DNA of 64,000 nucleotides from Candidatus Bathyarchaeota archaeon (GTDB lineage: Archaea; Thermoproteota; Bathyarchaeia; 40CM-2-53-6): positions 133,859 to 197,858 of the forward strand of contig VBAW01000016.1 in the NCBI GenBank assembly GCA_005888635.1. Reading direction: 5' to 3'. A program made the position numbers and the translations under genes. The notes beneath the pieces were generated by a model. It saw only the letters and a program-made list of their open reading frames with translations, did not search any database and had not been told where the DNA came from. Shown piece after piece: positions 50,151-60,454 of the stretch (positions within the stretch are counted from its first letter, which is position 1; each line of letters opens with the position of its first letter).

Positions 50151-53100
50151 ATCTTTCGGTCGAGTGGTATCTCGACTGTGAAGGTCGTTCCCTCTCCAAC
50201 TTTGCTTGAGACTTTGATGTCGCCGTGGTGAGACTCGACTAACTGCTTGGCCACGGCCAGCCCAAGTCCTACCCCTTTATCTCTTGTAGTAAAGAGTGGG
50301 TTGAAGATCTTGGCCTTGATGTCTTCCGGGATTCCTTTTCCTGTGTCTTGGAAGCTGATCGTGGCTAACTCTTTGTTCTTCCACGCCTTTATCTTTAGCT
50401 GACCACCATCGGGCATTGCTTGTAAGGCATTCGCGATTATGTTGGTGAAGGCTCGGCGGAGCAAGTTTGGATCGACGGTCAGTTTGGGAAAGTCCGGCTC
50501 AAAGGAGGTGAGGACTTCTACAGTTGTGGGTATTGAGATCGAGGATCGTGTGTCGTCGATGAGGCCCTGGAGGTCGTATTCGACAAAAGAAGGCTTCGGT
50601 TGTCTGGCGTAGTCTTGGAGGTCGGATACGATCTTGTTCATGAAGTCGGCTTGCTCTCGAATAGTTTCCAGCGTTTTCTCGATGCGCAAGTTCTGCGGGG
50701 CTCCTCCAGATTTCATGCTCTCCATAGCTAGATGGACAGTGTTGATTATCGTCTGGAGTGGATTGCGAAGGTCGTGGCCGACCATTCCTGCTGTCTCACC
50801 AATGGCGGCCATGCGGGTTGAGTTCCTCAGCATTCTGGTTCTTTCCTCAACCACTTCTTCCAATTGTTCCGTGTGAGCTTTGAGCCTCTCCTCGGCTTGC
50901 TTTATGCGGTCGATGTCGACGAAGGCTATTACTGCACCGTCGATCTTGTTGTCTGTAGTCCTGTAAGGACGTATCCAAATCGAATACCAGCGGCCGTTGT
51001 TGTCTTTGACTTCTATTTCCTTGGGGGTAACGCTGTCTATTACATCGGTAATCAGAGAGCCGATATCGGGGGTCTTCGGGTTCAGATTGATGTCGATAAT
51101 CGAACGTCCGACATCGGTCGCGATCAGGTTGAACATCTTCTCTGCGTGGGGGGTGAAACGGCGTATCCGAAGGTCGTTGCCCAGCATGATGATCGGCAGG
51201 TTCGCGCTAACAAGAAGGTTTGTTATGTCATCATTGACCTGGGTGAGTTCTAAGTTTCGGTTTTGTAGTTCTTCGTTAACTGTGGTCAGTTCTTCGTTTG
51301 TGGACTGAAGCTCCTCTTTGGCTGTCTCCAGCTCCTCATTGGTGCTTTGAAGTTCCTCATTGCTCGACTGTATTTCCTCATTGGCGGCCCTCAATTCTTC
51401 TATGGCCGACTCGTTATCCTGTATGATCGACTGCAGATACTCCTTGTTTGCAGAAAGCTCCTGTTCGAGATGTAGGAGCTTGCGATCCTCGGCCATCTGG
51501 TCCCTCGCATACTTTGCGCCCCGGGCTCCGCCCGTCGTTGGGCCTGGGATCGGCCTTGGCAATGCTTCTTCGAACGCTATTAGAAAGTAGGGAAGGTTTG
51601 TCGAGGTCTTCAGCGGGACTACTTCTAGGTTGACGTCGACATATTTACCGTCAGATTTGATGGCAATCTCTTTCTTCCTAACGGTGTCGCCACTCGTCTT
51701 GGCCCTATCTATTGCAGCGCGCAAGTTCGTCATCAATCCTTCCCGGGCCATTTTCAGAACGTTGAGGCTGGCTTTCCCGGGCGCGGGCTCGAGGAAGAGA
51801 CCTGTGCGCCCGCGAAACTGGATAATCTCCAAGTCACTGTTCACGACGACGGTGGCAGGAGAGTATTTGGTCAACAAGATCCGGTCTGCTTCCTTGAAGA
51901 TGGCCTGTTCTGGGACTAGACCTTCTATCGGCCGGGCCTCTAATCTGTTAACGTGCCCAAGTTCAATCCCGTATTTCATCGAGAAGTCGAGTGGAGTACG
52001 TGGAACCATAGGTTTCTTGGAATAGATCTTGAGCCGTTTGTTCGCTACACTGAAAATGTTGTCGAATTCCCCTATGGTTTCGAAGTCCCCAAGGACGAGG
52101 AAGCCGGTGGGTTTGAGGGCGTAATGGAATATTGGAAGCAGTTTCTTCTGCAGAGGCGGCCCGAGGTAAATTAGCAAGTTTCTACAAACGATGAGATCAA
52201 GCTTCGAGAATGGTGGGTCGGCCGTCACGTTTTGCTTCGCGAAGATGCACATCTTCCGGATTGTCTTGTTTATCTGGTAGGAGCCGTTCGTCTTAACAAA
52301 GAAGCGTCGAAGTCGTTCTGCGGAGATGGAGGGGGATGCGCTGTACACGCCCTGCCGTGCCTTTTCTAGCACGTTCTCGTTTACGTCTGTGGCGAAGATC
52401 TGGATTGGCGGCTTGATGCGGGCATTGTCCAAGTACTCGAGCAGATTCATGGCCACGGAATAGACCTCTTCACCAGTCGAACAGCCGGGGATCCATATTC
52501 TGATGGGATCTTCAGCGGACCTGCTTTTCAAAATGTTGGGAAAGATCTCGGTTTTCAGAGCCTCGAGGGTAGCAGGCTCACGGAAGAACGCAGTAACGTT
52601 GATCAGAATATCTTGGAAGAGAGAGTTCAGCTCGCCAGGGTTTGTCTGCAAATACTTCAGGTAATTCGCCATCCGGTTAATCTTCAGAATGAGCATCCGT
52701 CTCAGGATTCGTCTCTTGATTGTGGCGTGTTTGTAGTCGGTGAAATCAACTCCTTTGCCCTTTCGCAAGAGGCTGAAGATCTTTTCCAGGTCGCTTTGAG
52801 GCAACAGCTCTTCCGCTTTTTCCGTCTCCAAGTACGGAACGTAGGGATGCTCACTAATCTTGGTGAGTTCCTGGGCTATCTCCTTGGGGGCGAGTACTAG
52901 GTCCACGAAGCCCGCGGCGACCGCGCTGCGAGGTAGATCGTAATACTTTGCTGATTTCTCATCTTGAGCAATTGTGATCCCACCTTCCGCCTTTATGGCC
53001 TTCAGCCCCTGAACACCATCCATTGAGGTCCCGGAGAGGATCACTCCAATGGCTCGGCCATTCTGATCTAGGGACAAGGATTGGAAGAAGTGGTCAATGG

Positions 53101-53548
53101 GCATATGCTTGCGGTCAACCTCCACGCGCGGAGTAAGGTGGAGCGCTCCCTTGGAAATGGTCATGCTCGTGTTCGGCGGGATCACGTAGACGTTTCTCGG
53201 CTTCACCTGCATGCCATCGGTGACCTCGGTGACAGGCAGCTTGGTTGTCTTGGAAAGAAGCTCAGTCAAGAGACTCTTGTACGTGGGGTCTAAGTGTTGT
53301 ACCAGGACCAGCGCCATGTTGATGTCTGGCGGGAGCTCCCGAAGGAGTTGAGTGAAGGCTTCGAGCCCGCCCGCAGAGGCACCAATGCCCACGACTGGGA
53401 AGGACTCATCTACGGACGTAGCGTGGTCAATAGTCTTCGCCCTCCGAGTAGGTGCCGACTTTATTGGCCTGAACCGGGGTCTCCGCGTACTGGCAACACC
53501 TTTCGTCTTGCTCATTGGTCTTTTACGGTTGACGAGTTCTTGGGCCAT
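50147..53548 (-). CDS. CheB methylesterase - CheR methyltransferase - PAS - HisKA/HATPase hybrid sensor kinase
   Basis: CheB (VVGIGASAGGLEAF), CheR (FFREP...SAS fold), a long coiled coil, a PAS domain, an H-box (HDLRNPL) and HATPase_c. Start taken at the second Met. Confidence 0.85.
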   Translation of the reverse strand: MAQELVNRKRPMSKTKGVASTRRPRFRPIKSAPTRRAKTIDHATSVDESFPVVGIGASAGGLEAFTQLLRELPPDINMALVLVQHLDPTYKSLLTELLSKTTKLPVTEVTDGMQVKPRNVYVIPPNTSMTISKGALHLTPRVEVDRKHMPIDHFFQSLSLDQNGRAIGVILSGTSMDGVQGLKAIKAEGGITIAQDEKSAKYYDLPRSAVAAGFVDLVLAPKEIAQELTKISEHPYVPYLETEKAEELLPQSDLEKIFSLLRKGKGVDFTDYKHATIKRRILRRMLILKINRMANYLKYLQTNPGELNSLFQDILINVTAFFREPATLEALKTEIFPNILKSRSAEDPIRIWIPGCSTGEEVYSVAMNLLEYLDNARIKPPIQIFATDVNENVLEKARQGVYSASPSISAERLRRFFVKTNGSYQINKTIRKMCIFAKQNVTADPPFSKLDLIVCRNLLIYLGPPLQKKLLPIFHYALKPTGFLVLGDFETIGEFDNIFSVANKRLKIYSKKPMVPRTPLDFSMKYGIELGHVNRLEARPIEGLVPEQAIFKEADRILLTKYSPATVVVNSDLEIIQFRGRTGLFLEPAPGKASLNVLKMAREGLMTNLRAAIDRAKTSGDTVRKKEIAIKSDGKYVDVNLEVVPLKTSTNLPYFLIAFEEALPRPIPGPTTGGARGAKYARDQMAEDRKLLHLEQELSANKEYLQSIIQDNESAIEELRAANEEIQSSNEELQSTNEELETAKEELQSTNEELTTVNEELQNRNLELTQVNDDITNLLVSANLPIIMLGNDLRIRRFTPHAEKMFNLIATDVGRSIIDINLNPKTPDIGSLITDVIDSVTPKEIEVKDNNGRWYSIWIRPYRTTDNKIDGAVIAFVDIDRIKQAEERLKAHTEQLEEVVEERTRMLRNSTRMAAIGETAGMVGHDLRNPLQTIINTVHLAMESMKSGGAPQNLRIEKTLETIREQADFMNKIVSDLQDYARQPKPSFVEYDLQGLIDDTRSSISIPTTVEVLTSFEPDFPKLTVDPNLLRRAFTNIIANALQAMPDGGQLKIKAWKNKELATISFQDTGKGIPEDIKAKIFNPLFTTRDKGVGLGLAVAKQLVESHHGDIKVSSKVGEGTTFTVEIPLDRKI

Positions 53549-53675
53549 ACAGAGAGCGCTTGAGGATACTTCTCGTCGTGAGCGTGGGCTTAGCGGAATA
53601 TAAAAGAACAACCCACACCCCTATATTGCATTAATTGGATGAGCAATGGACTTTCGCCTTCCGCCCCACTTCTAG

Positions 53676-54497
53676 TTGGTACAGATGGTTACCCAAGCAG
53701 AAGCAAAGATTCACCGAGTCGGCCCGCGCCACACCATCTACCTAGCTAAGGATCTGGTGGAAGATAGCACCTTTCCATTCAGTGCCAACGAGGATCTCAC
53801 GGTAAGGATTGAAGGAGGCGCTTTGATAATAGACAAGACGGGAAAGAGTGGCTACCGACTTCCTGACATGGAGGCACTGCCAAGTCGTAACCAACATGTG
53901 ATGGAGACCCTGGATAATCTCAACTTTTCTCCTATCGCCTCAAAGGCGGAGAGAATTCGCCAGATGCTGAGCGAAATTCATGAGGCAGAAATGTTAGAGT
54001 CACGTATACGACATATGCCGAAGAGTGAACACGCTATCCTCCTCTGGGAGGAAAAAAGCTTCCTCGACATTGTGCTGTCGGAATTCTTTGACCCTGGTGT
54101 GACTGGAAAAGCTGCTAAAGGACTCCTCTCTGCAAAACCGGCGACAATTGAATCCGTGAGCAACTTGTTGCTTGAGGAAGTGTCGGGTCTGGACAGGCAG
54201 ACGGCCGCGAGGAAGATAAGAGACTGGATGTTAGAGGTCCACTCAACGAACAAGTCCAACCTTCCGACCAGAATCGCAGTGGAGGATTATTCCTGGCTTC
54301 TTCAGAATGGCTCGGCCAAAGGACTCTTGGAGGTAGAGCAAAACATCGGGCTGAGGGTTAGAGAGAATATGACGATACTCTGTGGGTATGACGTCTCGAA
54401 CGTGATTGACCCCAAGCAGTTAGACAAGGTAATGGGTTTCCATGGTTATGCGATCATGGACCATCCGTTCAGAGTGTACAGGAGAGCAGGAGATTGA
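53676..54497 (+). CDS. putative regulator: AbrB/SpoVT-like N-terminus plus MEDS-like C-terminal domain
   Basis: 273 aa. N-terminal AKIHRVGPRHTIYLAKDLVED...LTVRIEGGALII resembles a swapped hairpin. The C-terminal part resembles MEDS-type sensory domains. Confidence 0.45.
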   Translation: MVQMVTQAEAKIHRVGPRHTIYLAKDLVEDSTFPFSANEDLTVRIEGGALIIDKTGKSGYRLPDMEALPSRNQHVMETLDNLNFSPIASKAERIRQMLSEIHEAEMLESRIRHMPKSEHAILLWEEKSFLDIVLSEFFDPGVTGKAAKGLLSAKPATIESVSNLLLEEVSGLDRQTAARKIRDWMLEVHSTNKSNLPTRIAVEDYSWLLQNGSAKGLLEVEQNIGLRVRENMTILCGYDVSNVIDPKQLDKVMGFHGYAIMDHPFRVYRRAGD

Positions 54498-54669
54498 TCT
54501 TGGCCGGCGAGGCACGTACCGGCTCAGACGCAGCCTAGCACGCGTAAACTCTCCCGACTTCTGAAGTCTTCTTGTTGACGTAGGAAGGTTTTTGATTATT
54601 CGGATGGTGTATAAAATGTTATATACGTATCATGCGGACTAAAACCGAGCTGACCTGTTAGGAAGTGCT

Positions 54670-54927
54670 TTGGCCGTGCCCAAGTTCATGCTTAGTATGA
54701 AAGAAAAGCCGTTCGCCGAAATATCTTCTGAAGCAAAGAATAGAGGCGTGACTGTCCAAGAACTGTTGAGGGCCGTAATTGTGCCGGAATGGGCTAGGGA
54801 AAATCTGAAGCCCTCCAATATCGCACAGACTTCGATGCAAATTACGCCCAACCAGACCAAGCCCTCCATGTCCTCCAGACAACGAGACTCGAGGCTCGCA
54901 ATCACCGTCGGCCAGCTGAGGACCTAG
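54670..54927 (+). CDS. possible ribbon-helix-helix (CopG-like) protein
   Basis: 85 aa with EISSEAKNRGVTVQELLRAVIV. Confidence 0.4.
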   Translation: MAVPKFMLSMKEKPFAEISSEAKNRGVTVQELLRAVIVPEWARENLKPSNIAQTSMQITPNQTKPSMSSRQRDSRLAITVGQLRT

Positions 54928-55009
54928 TCAGGAGATGCTCCGCCGGAAAGATGAGCCTGCTCGAAATTCTGCGCAAGCATGTGCAGATCTCTCTGAGGGA
55001 GGTGAGTAG

Positions 55010-55210
55010 ATGAAGAAAGTCAAACCTGGTGATAGGGTGTGGGTCAAGACCCCGCGTGCAATAGTAGAACGTAAGGTTGGAACAGTAATCGCCGCTAGGA
55101 AAACGCCCAAGGGCGTTCGGTACCTTGTAGAATGGGAAGTTGACTTGTTAGAGCGCCCGAATGGACACCACCCCGGATACCTCGCCCACGAGATCGTCCC
55201 AGCAAATTGA
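55010..55210 (+). CDS. small hypothetical protein (DUF2945/TUDOR-like)
   Basis: 66 aa with GDRVWVKTP...GTVI and an SD-like GGAGG upstream. Confidence 0.4.
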   Translation: MKKVKPGDRVWVKTPRAIVERKVGTVIAARKTPKGVRYLVEWEVDLLERPNGHHPGYLAHEIVPAN

Positions 55211-55899
55211 AGGGTCGCTTGATGAAGATCGAAATGTCTCTTCGTTGAGCAGTGAAAGTAGCTGAGCTTCCGTGCCCCAGGAAGTCATGCTTATTCATAG
55301 AGTAGTCCATCCGTAATGAGCAATTTGTGAACTCAAGAAGTTCAGCCGGCTATCTTTAGCCGCTTTTCGTGTTGTCGGAGCGTTTAACCGTACTTTTACT
55401 GTGATACCTCTCCGCTGTCACTTCGGAGACATGATTATCAGGCAAAAGGCGGTGGTGGCGTCCGTTGGTGATGGGCATCTCTTCCAAACAGGGTGTCCCG
55501 GTCGTCGTCTCGACCCTGGGATCCCAACTGCGTCGAACGTCGACCTTACGACTGCTCCCTTCCGGGCCTCGCCGGATTCGACCGTGAGAAGGTAGCAACC
55601 CTCTCTTCAGAGAGTGCTCCTCCGCCGCCGACCTGTTAGGGCAGAGTTTCATTGTTGACAGCCTGGTCTTCTGCCTTGTCGAGGCTACCGCTCACCAGCG
55701 TTAGCGGACTCCCGCATAGGTCGATTTCGGGTAACAGGAAACGACCAGCTTCCCAGTCCCCCACCACCGCCCAAACAGAGCGAGCCGAAACAGTCGATAT
55801 AAGAATATCAGGCGAGAACCGATCGGACACCCGTCTGGGTTCAATTGCTAAGCGAAAAAGGGAGTGCTTTTACATGGATGCTTTTCCGAACCAAGAGAC

Positions 55900-56442
55900 A
55901 TGGACGATGAAGAAGCAGAGCTCGAAGAGGGCGAGTCAGATATCGGGGAGACAGCGGCCGAAGCCCCCGGACGAGTAGCATCAACTAGGACCCTCGTTGA
56001 CATTCCTGTCATTCCTTTTGAGCCACCAACTACAGGAAGCGGCCACGACATTGGAGAAAAACAAGGCAAGCTTCGAACGGCGATTCTTGAACGGGTCTCA
56101 CAGAATGAGCTTGCGAAGTTTAAGGAAGCGTTGAAGGGTCATCTAGTAACAATAACGTTAGGATTCTTTCTCTGGAAAGGCTCGACAAAGACGACGAACA
56201 CTCGGGCTGTGAAGGACTTGGACAATCTGATGAAGATAATTTTCGACGTCCTCGGCAAAGGTCAACAAGGACTGGGTCTATTAGAAGAGGACAGTTACAT
56301 CTGCGAAGTCTATGCGAAGAAAGAGCTGGTCGAGGATCAGGCCGAAGAAGGACTCAGAATCATAATAGAGGAATATGAAGACGAAGAAATGCAAAAGGTG
56401 CTGAAGGAGTTCTATTCGAAGAAAAGCAAGGTATCTGCCTAG
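55900..56442 (+). CDS. rusA: RusA-like Holliday-junction resolvase
   Basis: KDLDNLMKIIFDVLGKG...EEDSYICEV matches the RusA DLDN/K catalytic region. Acidic N-terminal extension. Confidence 0.55.
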   Translation: MDDEEAELEEGESDIGETAAEAPGRVASTRTLVDIPVIPFEPPTTGSGHDIGEKQGKLRTAILERVSQNELAKFKEALKGHLVTITLGFFLWKGSTKTTNTRAVKDLDNLMKIIFDVLGKGQQGLGLLEEDSYICEVYAKKELVEDQAEEGLRIIIEEYEDEEMQKVLKEFYSKKSKVSA

Positions 56443-57389
56443 AGCGGTGGAGCAGTCTCGCTCAATTTCTCTTTGGGAAGTTTGGACCATTTGAGAAACT
56501 CTGCACTGGGCTTCTCCTCCTCGTAGAGTTCTTTTCGACGACACTCCAAAGGATTCGGCTCCTTTCGCGCGAGTTCCGCAGCCGTGATGACTCGATGCCC
56601 CACCTTTTCAGCGGACTTTCTGACTGGTTCTAGGAACTTGTACCAGCCCTCGTCCCTTAGCAGATGATGGTCTATGACCAGAGTTTCGACTTCTTTTGCG
56701 ATCATTTCCATATGAACTAATGCTGTTCGGAAGAATTCCTCACCTATTCGAAATCCTTGCAGATACGTGGGTGGTCCACCCAAGATCACCAAACTGGGTT
56801 TTTCGTCAAGTATGACTTTGACGGTCTTTTTCGAGACTGGCCCTTGAACGTCAGGCGCGAACACGATTTTTTCATCTGACTTCTCTATCATGCAGGGTAA
56901 GACCCATCCAAGGCCTGACTCATCCTCACCGTGTGGCTGTGGGGGCGGGAAGCGGATGGTTGTTTTTCCAAACTCGAATGTTCGATTGTCGGCGGTCTCG
57001 AATTTCTCAGCCCATTTTTCGGCGGACTGCTTGAACATCCAGCCCCGCCGCCGCTGTGCAGTGTTGATGTTGCTCCGAAAGTCCTTGGCGAGGACAATCT
57101 TGCCAGCGTACGTTTTCTCTGAGAGTTCAGGGGTGCTTCCAAGCCAGACAGGGTCAAGGTAGTTTGGAGTGTGATGATCGTTATGATAGTGAGAAATCGT
57201 TATGACCTTGGCCTTGGCCGCGGCCTCGTTGATTCTCTCACGAGCCTCATCCCTCGCTCTGAACTCTCGAGGATGAGGCATCAATCGGAACCTGGGACCC
57301 AAAGCTACCCCGGCATCTAACAGAACGGTCACGTCCCGAGTTCGCACCAGAGTACACATTGAACGGACGCCCAAGCTTTCGAACGCCAA
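56439..57389 (-). CDS. metallo-beta-lactamase-fold hydrolase
   Basis: 316 aa with ISHYHNDHH (HxHxDH). Confidence 0.7.
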   Translation of the reverse strand: MAFESLGVRSMCTLVRTRDVTVLLDAGVALGPRFRLMPHPREFRARDEARERINEAAAKAKVITISHYHNDHHTPNYLDPVWLGSTPELSEKTYAGKIVLAKDFRSNINTAQRRRGWMFKQSAEKWAEKFETADNRTFEFGKTTIRFPPPQPHGEDESGLGWVLPCMIEKSDEKIVFAPDVQGPVSKKTVKVILDEKPSLVILGGPPTYLQGFRIGEEFFRTALVHMEMIAKEVETLVIDHHLLRDEGWYKFLEPVRKSAEKVGHRVITAAELARKEPNPLECRRKELYEEEKPSAEFLKWSKLPKEKLSETAPPL

Positions 57390-57466
57390 GGGCGTGACTG
57401 TTATTGGAGCCGAGGACGAGTTCTCCCAATATCCTCAAGATCAAAGGTCTGTAGATTAATCGCACT

Positions 57467-57847
57467 ATGCGCCATTTTCATAGATGTGTAATTGTCACCG
57501 AGTTTGTTACGGCTCGGTTGGACTCAGTTATTATCCCCCTATCGCCAAACGTTCGAAGAGAGTTAGCCTCCGAATTGTCGCAACGAGTGTCGGACCCGAA
57601 TCACCCTTACTGTCATTATTGTGAGGAGTCGACTTATCATGAGTACGACCCATACTTTCACGCTTGGGTCTGTCAGACTTGCTTCGGGGGAATGATTCGT
57701 GTGGACAAGAAGGACCCGCTCTCAGTCATACGAGCAGAACTAAACAGTCTTGCGCTGCACGTAGCCAAGAGCGGTTATAATGCAGAAGTAAAGGGGAAGC
57801 TTAGGGAAGCTGCTTCGCGACTTCAAAAGCTCGCGGAACAGCCGTAG
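57467..57847 (+). CDS. hypothetical Cys/His-rich protein
   Basis: 126 aa with CHYCEES...CQTCFG. Confidence 0.4.
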   Translation: MRHFHRCVIVTEFVTARLDSVIIPLSPNVRRELASELSQRVSDPNHPYCHYCEESTYHEYDPYFHAWVCQTCFGGMIRVDKKDPLSVIRAELNSLALHVAKSGYNAEVKGKLREAASRLQKLAEQP

Positions 57848-58062
57848 ACCACCCTTCTGTTTACCAACAATTATTGCCGGGGTCCAGACTTACAACCCTA
57901 GACTTTCATTCCGGAAATGAGACGACAAACATCGGTCTAACAGAACGGTTTTATTCATTCATTCCCATCCCCGAAATCGGGTCCGATGACTTCTCTGGCC
58001 CAGCGGACACGTCCTAAGGGACTGGATGAAGTGGATCTTGAGACCCTTAACTACGGGCAAGA

Positions 58063-59355
58063 ATGAGCGAGGACCCATTACATCGGAACCACCCAAAAAC
58101 ACAACCGCATGACCGTGAGACCAGCGGAACAATGAAGCAAGAAACCGAGAAGCTAGAAGCAGTCTCTAGCAAAAGATGGCTAGTCCTCGGCTCAGTCCTG
58201 ACCTCCCGCGTTATCTACACCATCAACTGGTTCAACATCGCCCCGCTACTCGGTGCGACGGGTCTCATCGCTCTCGGACTAAGCATTGATCTGCCGTCTC
58301 AAGGGCTTCTCACGTCTTCATTTCTACTGGGCGCAGGAATATTTCAGATTCCCGCAGGAATCGTCTCGGCGAGATGGGGGCCGAAAAATACCTCTCAACT
58401 AGGAATGTTGATTCTTTCACTCTCTGGAATAGGAGAAGGACTCTCCCCGAACTTCCCGGTACTTCTAGTGTCAAGATTCCTGCTGGGACTCGGAGCTGCC
58501 CTATTCTTCGCACCTGCGATAGGGATCCTCACACCCTTGTTCCGGCAAGAAGAGGAGGGGCTAGTCTTGGGTCTTTACAATAGCTGTTTCAACATTGGGG
58601 GAGCGATCGGGCTGTTCGGCTGGGTAATAGTCACGGACTTCCTCGGCTGGCGAGGTGGCCTGGTGCTAGGTGGCGTCATTGGTGTGATCTCGGTCTTGAT
58701 CGGACAGGTTGTTATTCCTCGCGACAAGGTGATCCCGCGAACTCAAAGGCGATCGATGAGGCCCGTTTTCAGGAATCGAAACATCTGGCTCATTGCTTTC
58801 GGAGTCCTAGGTTTTTGGGGAGCGATCTTTTCGTCGTCCACATTTCTTGAAGCCTACACGAAAGATGTCTACGGAATTACTCCGTATATTTCGGGGTTGA
58901 TGGCTTCAACAATCATGTTCGCAAGCATATTCGGCGGACCATCTGGAGGCTACTTGTCCGACCGACTCAGAAGGCGAAAGATCTTCATCCTAGTTCCAGG
59001 AATGCTTGGATCTCTTGGAATAATCCTGTTCGGGGTCTCTCAGCCACTTGAGCTCTGGCTCCTCATACCTCTCGTCGGATTCCTCGATGCCATCGTATTT
59101 TCCACGATGTACGCTAGCCCTAGCCAGTATCCGGAGGTCGGCCACGAGTATGCGCCTCTCGGAATAAGCATCATCAACTCCGTCCAGATACTCGGCAGCT
59201 TCCCAATCCCGATAATCTTCACATTTCTCGTAAACACTTACGGGCAAAACTACACCCCCGGTTGGTTTTTCATGGGAGGCTTGGCCTTGGTAATGATGCT
59301 CCTGATCCTAGGAATCAAGGAGCCGTTCAAAGCAAATTCGAAACCGTCAAGCTAG
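58063..59355 (+). CDS. MFS transporter
   Basis: 430 aa with 12 TM helices. Confidence 0.8.
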   Translation: MSEDPLHRNHPKTQPHDRETSGTMKQETEKLEAVSSKRWLVLGSVLTSRVIYTINWFNIAPLLGATGLIALGLSIDLPSQGLLTSSFLLGAGIFQIPAGIVSARWGPKNTSQLGMLILSLSGIGEGLSPNFPVLLVSRFLLGLGAALFFAPAIGILTPLFRQEEEGLVLGLYNSCFNIGGAIGLFGWVIVTDFLGWRGGLVLGGVIGVISVLIGQVVIPRDKVIPRTQRRSMRPVFRNRNIWLIAFGVLGFWGAIFSSSTFLEAYTKDVYGITPYISGLMASTIMFASIFGGPSGGYLSDRLRRRKIFILVPGMLGSLGIILFGVSQPLELWLLIPLVGFLDAIVFSTMYASPSQYPEVGHEYAPLGISIINSVQILGSFPIPIIFTFLVNTYGQNYTPGWFFMGGLALVMMLLILGIKEPFKANSKPSS

Positions 59356-60402
59356 TCTGTACAACTCGTCTTGCGGTACCGCGACGAGATCCATTTTCTT
59401 GCCGTCCCTTAGGATAAAGCGTCCCTTTGTGCGGGCGGTCGCCTGGCCAACCTCTGAGACTCTAACTCCCCGATTTCTCAGAGCCTTCATCACGGTCCCA
59501 ACACTGTTCGGCGCGATAGCTACAAGTAGGCACCCAGAACTCATCAGCTTCAACGGATCCAAACCTAGCTTCGAGCAAGTCTTCATGGTTTCCGTCGCCA
59601 CAGGAATTCTATCCGCCCATACTTCGATGCCCAGACCCGAAGCTTCAGCCAATTCCCACAAACCGTTCAAGACTCCGCCCTCAGTCGGGTCGTGCAAGGC
59701 GTGGACCCCTGATATCATCGAGATGCTCATTGCTTCTTCGACTATGCTGATCTGTTTCACGAAACTCTGAGCCTTCCGAATCGTTTCGTCTTTGACCCTC
59801 TTTAGCTGTCCCGAATATTCGGACGCGAGGATCGCGGTCCCCTCAATCCCTGCAGTCTTTGTCATGAGTATCCAGTCACCGACGCGCATGTTGGCTGAGC
59901 TGAGGACTCTACCTCGAATCTCGCCTATCATGAATCCCGCAATGAGCGGTCGGTCCAGATCGTGTGTCACCTCAGTGTGTCCGCCAGCGACCGTGATTCC
60001 TAGACTTCGTGACGCTCGATCGATTCCGCTCATTATTCGAGCTAGTTCTTTCTCACTGGTGCCAAGTGGGAGAAGCAGCGTGCACACGTACCATACTGGC
60101 TTGGCTCCAGTCACAGCGATATCGTTGGCGTTAATGTGAACGGAGTGTTCACCAATGTGCTTTGTCGTCCCAGTGACCGGATCAGCCGTCAAGACAACGA
60201 GTTTCTTTGCAAGCCTCACAACGGCGGTGTCTCGGCCAATTCCGGGTCCAAGAACGAGCCTTGGATTCCGTTTGCCACCGTGAGAATAAACGGCCCTAAC
60301 CATAGAGTCTGGCGGAATCTTCCCGACCCGAAACGAACGAGAACCGCTGGTTCTTCGCATCGATCTCTTATCGAGCACACTCACTTTAGAGGTATTGCTC
60401 AC
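59347..60402 (-). CDS. AIR-synthase-related (PurM superfamily, HypE/ThiL-like) protein
   Basis: 351 aa with VLTADPVTG...GGHTEV N-domain and a C-terminal PurM-like domain. Confidence 0.6.
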   Translation of the reverse strand: MSNTSKVSVLDKRSMRRTSGSRSFRVGKIPPDSMVRAVYSHGGKRNPRLVLGPGIGRDTAVVRLAKKLVVLTADPVTGTTKHIGEHSVHINANDIAVTGAKPVWYVCTLLLPLGTSEKELARIMSGIDRASRSLGITVAGGHTEVTHDLDRPLIAGFMIGEIRGRVLSSANMRVGDWILMTKTAGIEGTAILASEYSGQLKRVKDETIRKAQSFVKQISIVEEAMSISMISGVHALHDPTEGGVLNGLWELAEASGLGIEVWADRIPVATETMKTCSKLGLDPLKLMSSGCLLVAIAPNSVGTVMKALRNRGVRVSEVGQATARTKGRFILRDGKKMDLVAVPQDELYRLA

Positions 60403-60454
60403 GCAGGAATCAAACCCATCAATCTATTAGTGCGAGACGCAAGGTATGTAGACC

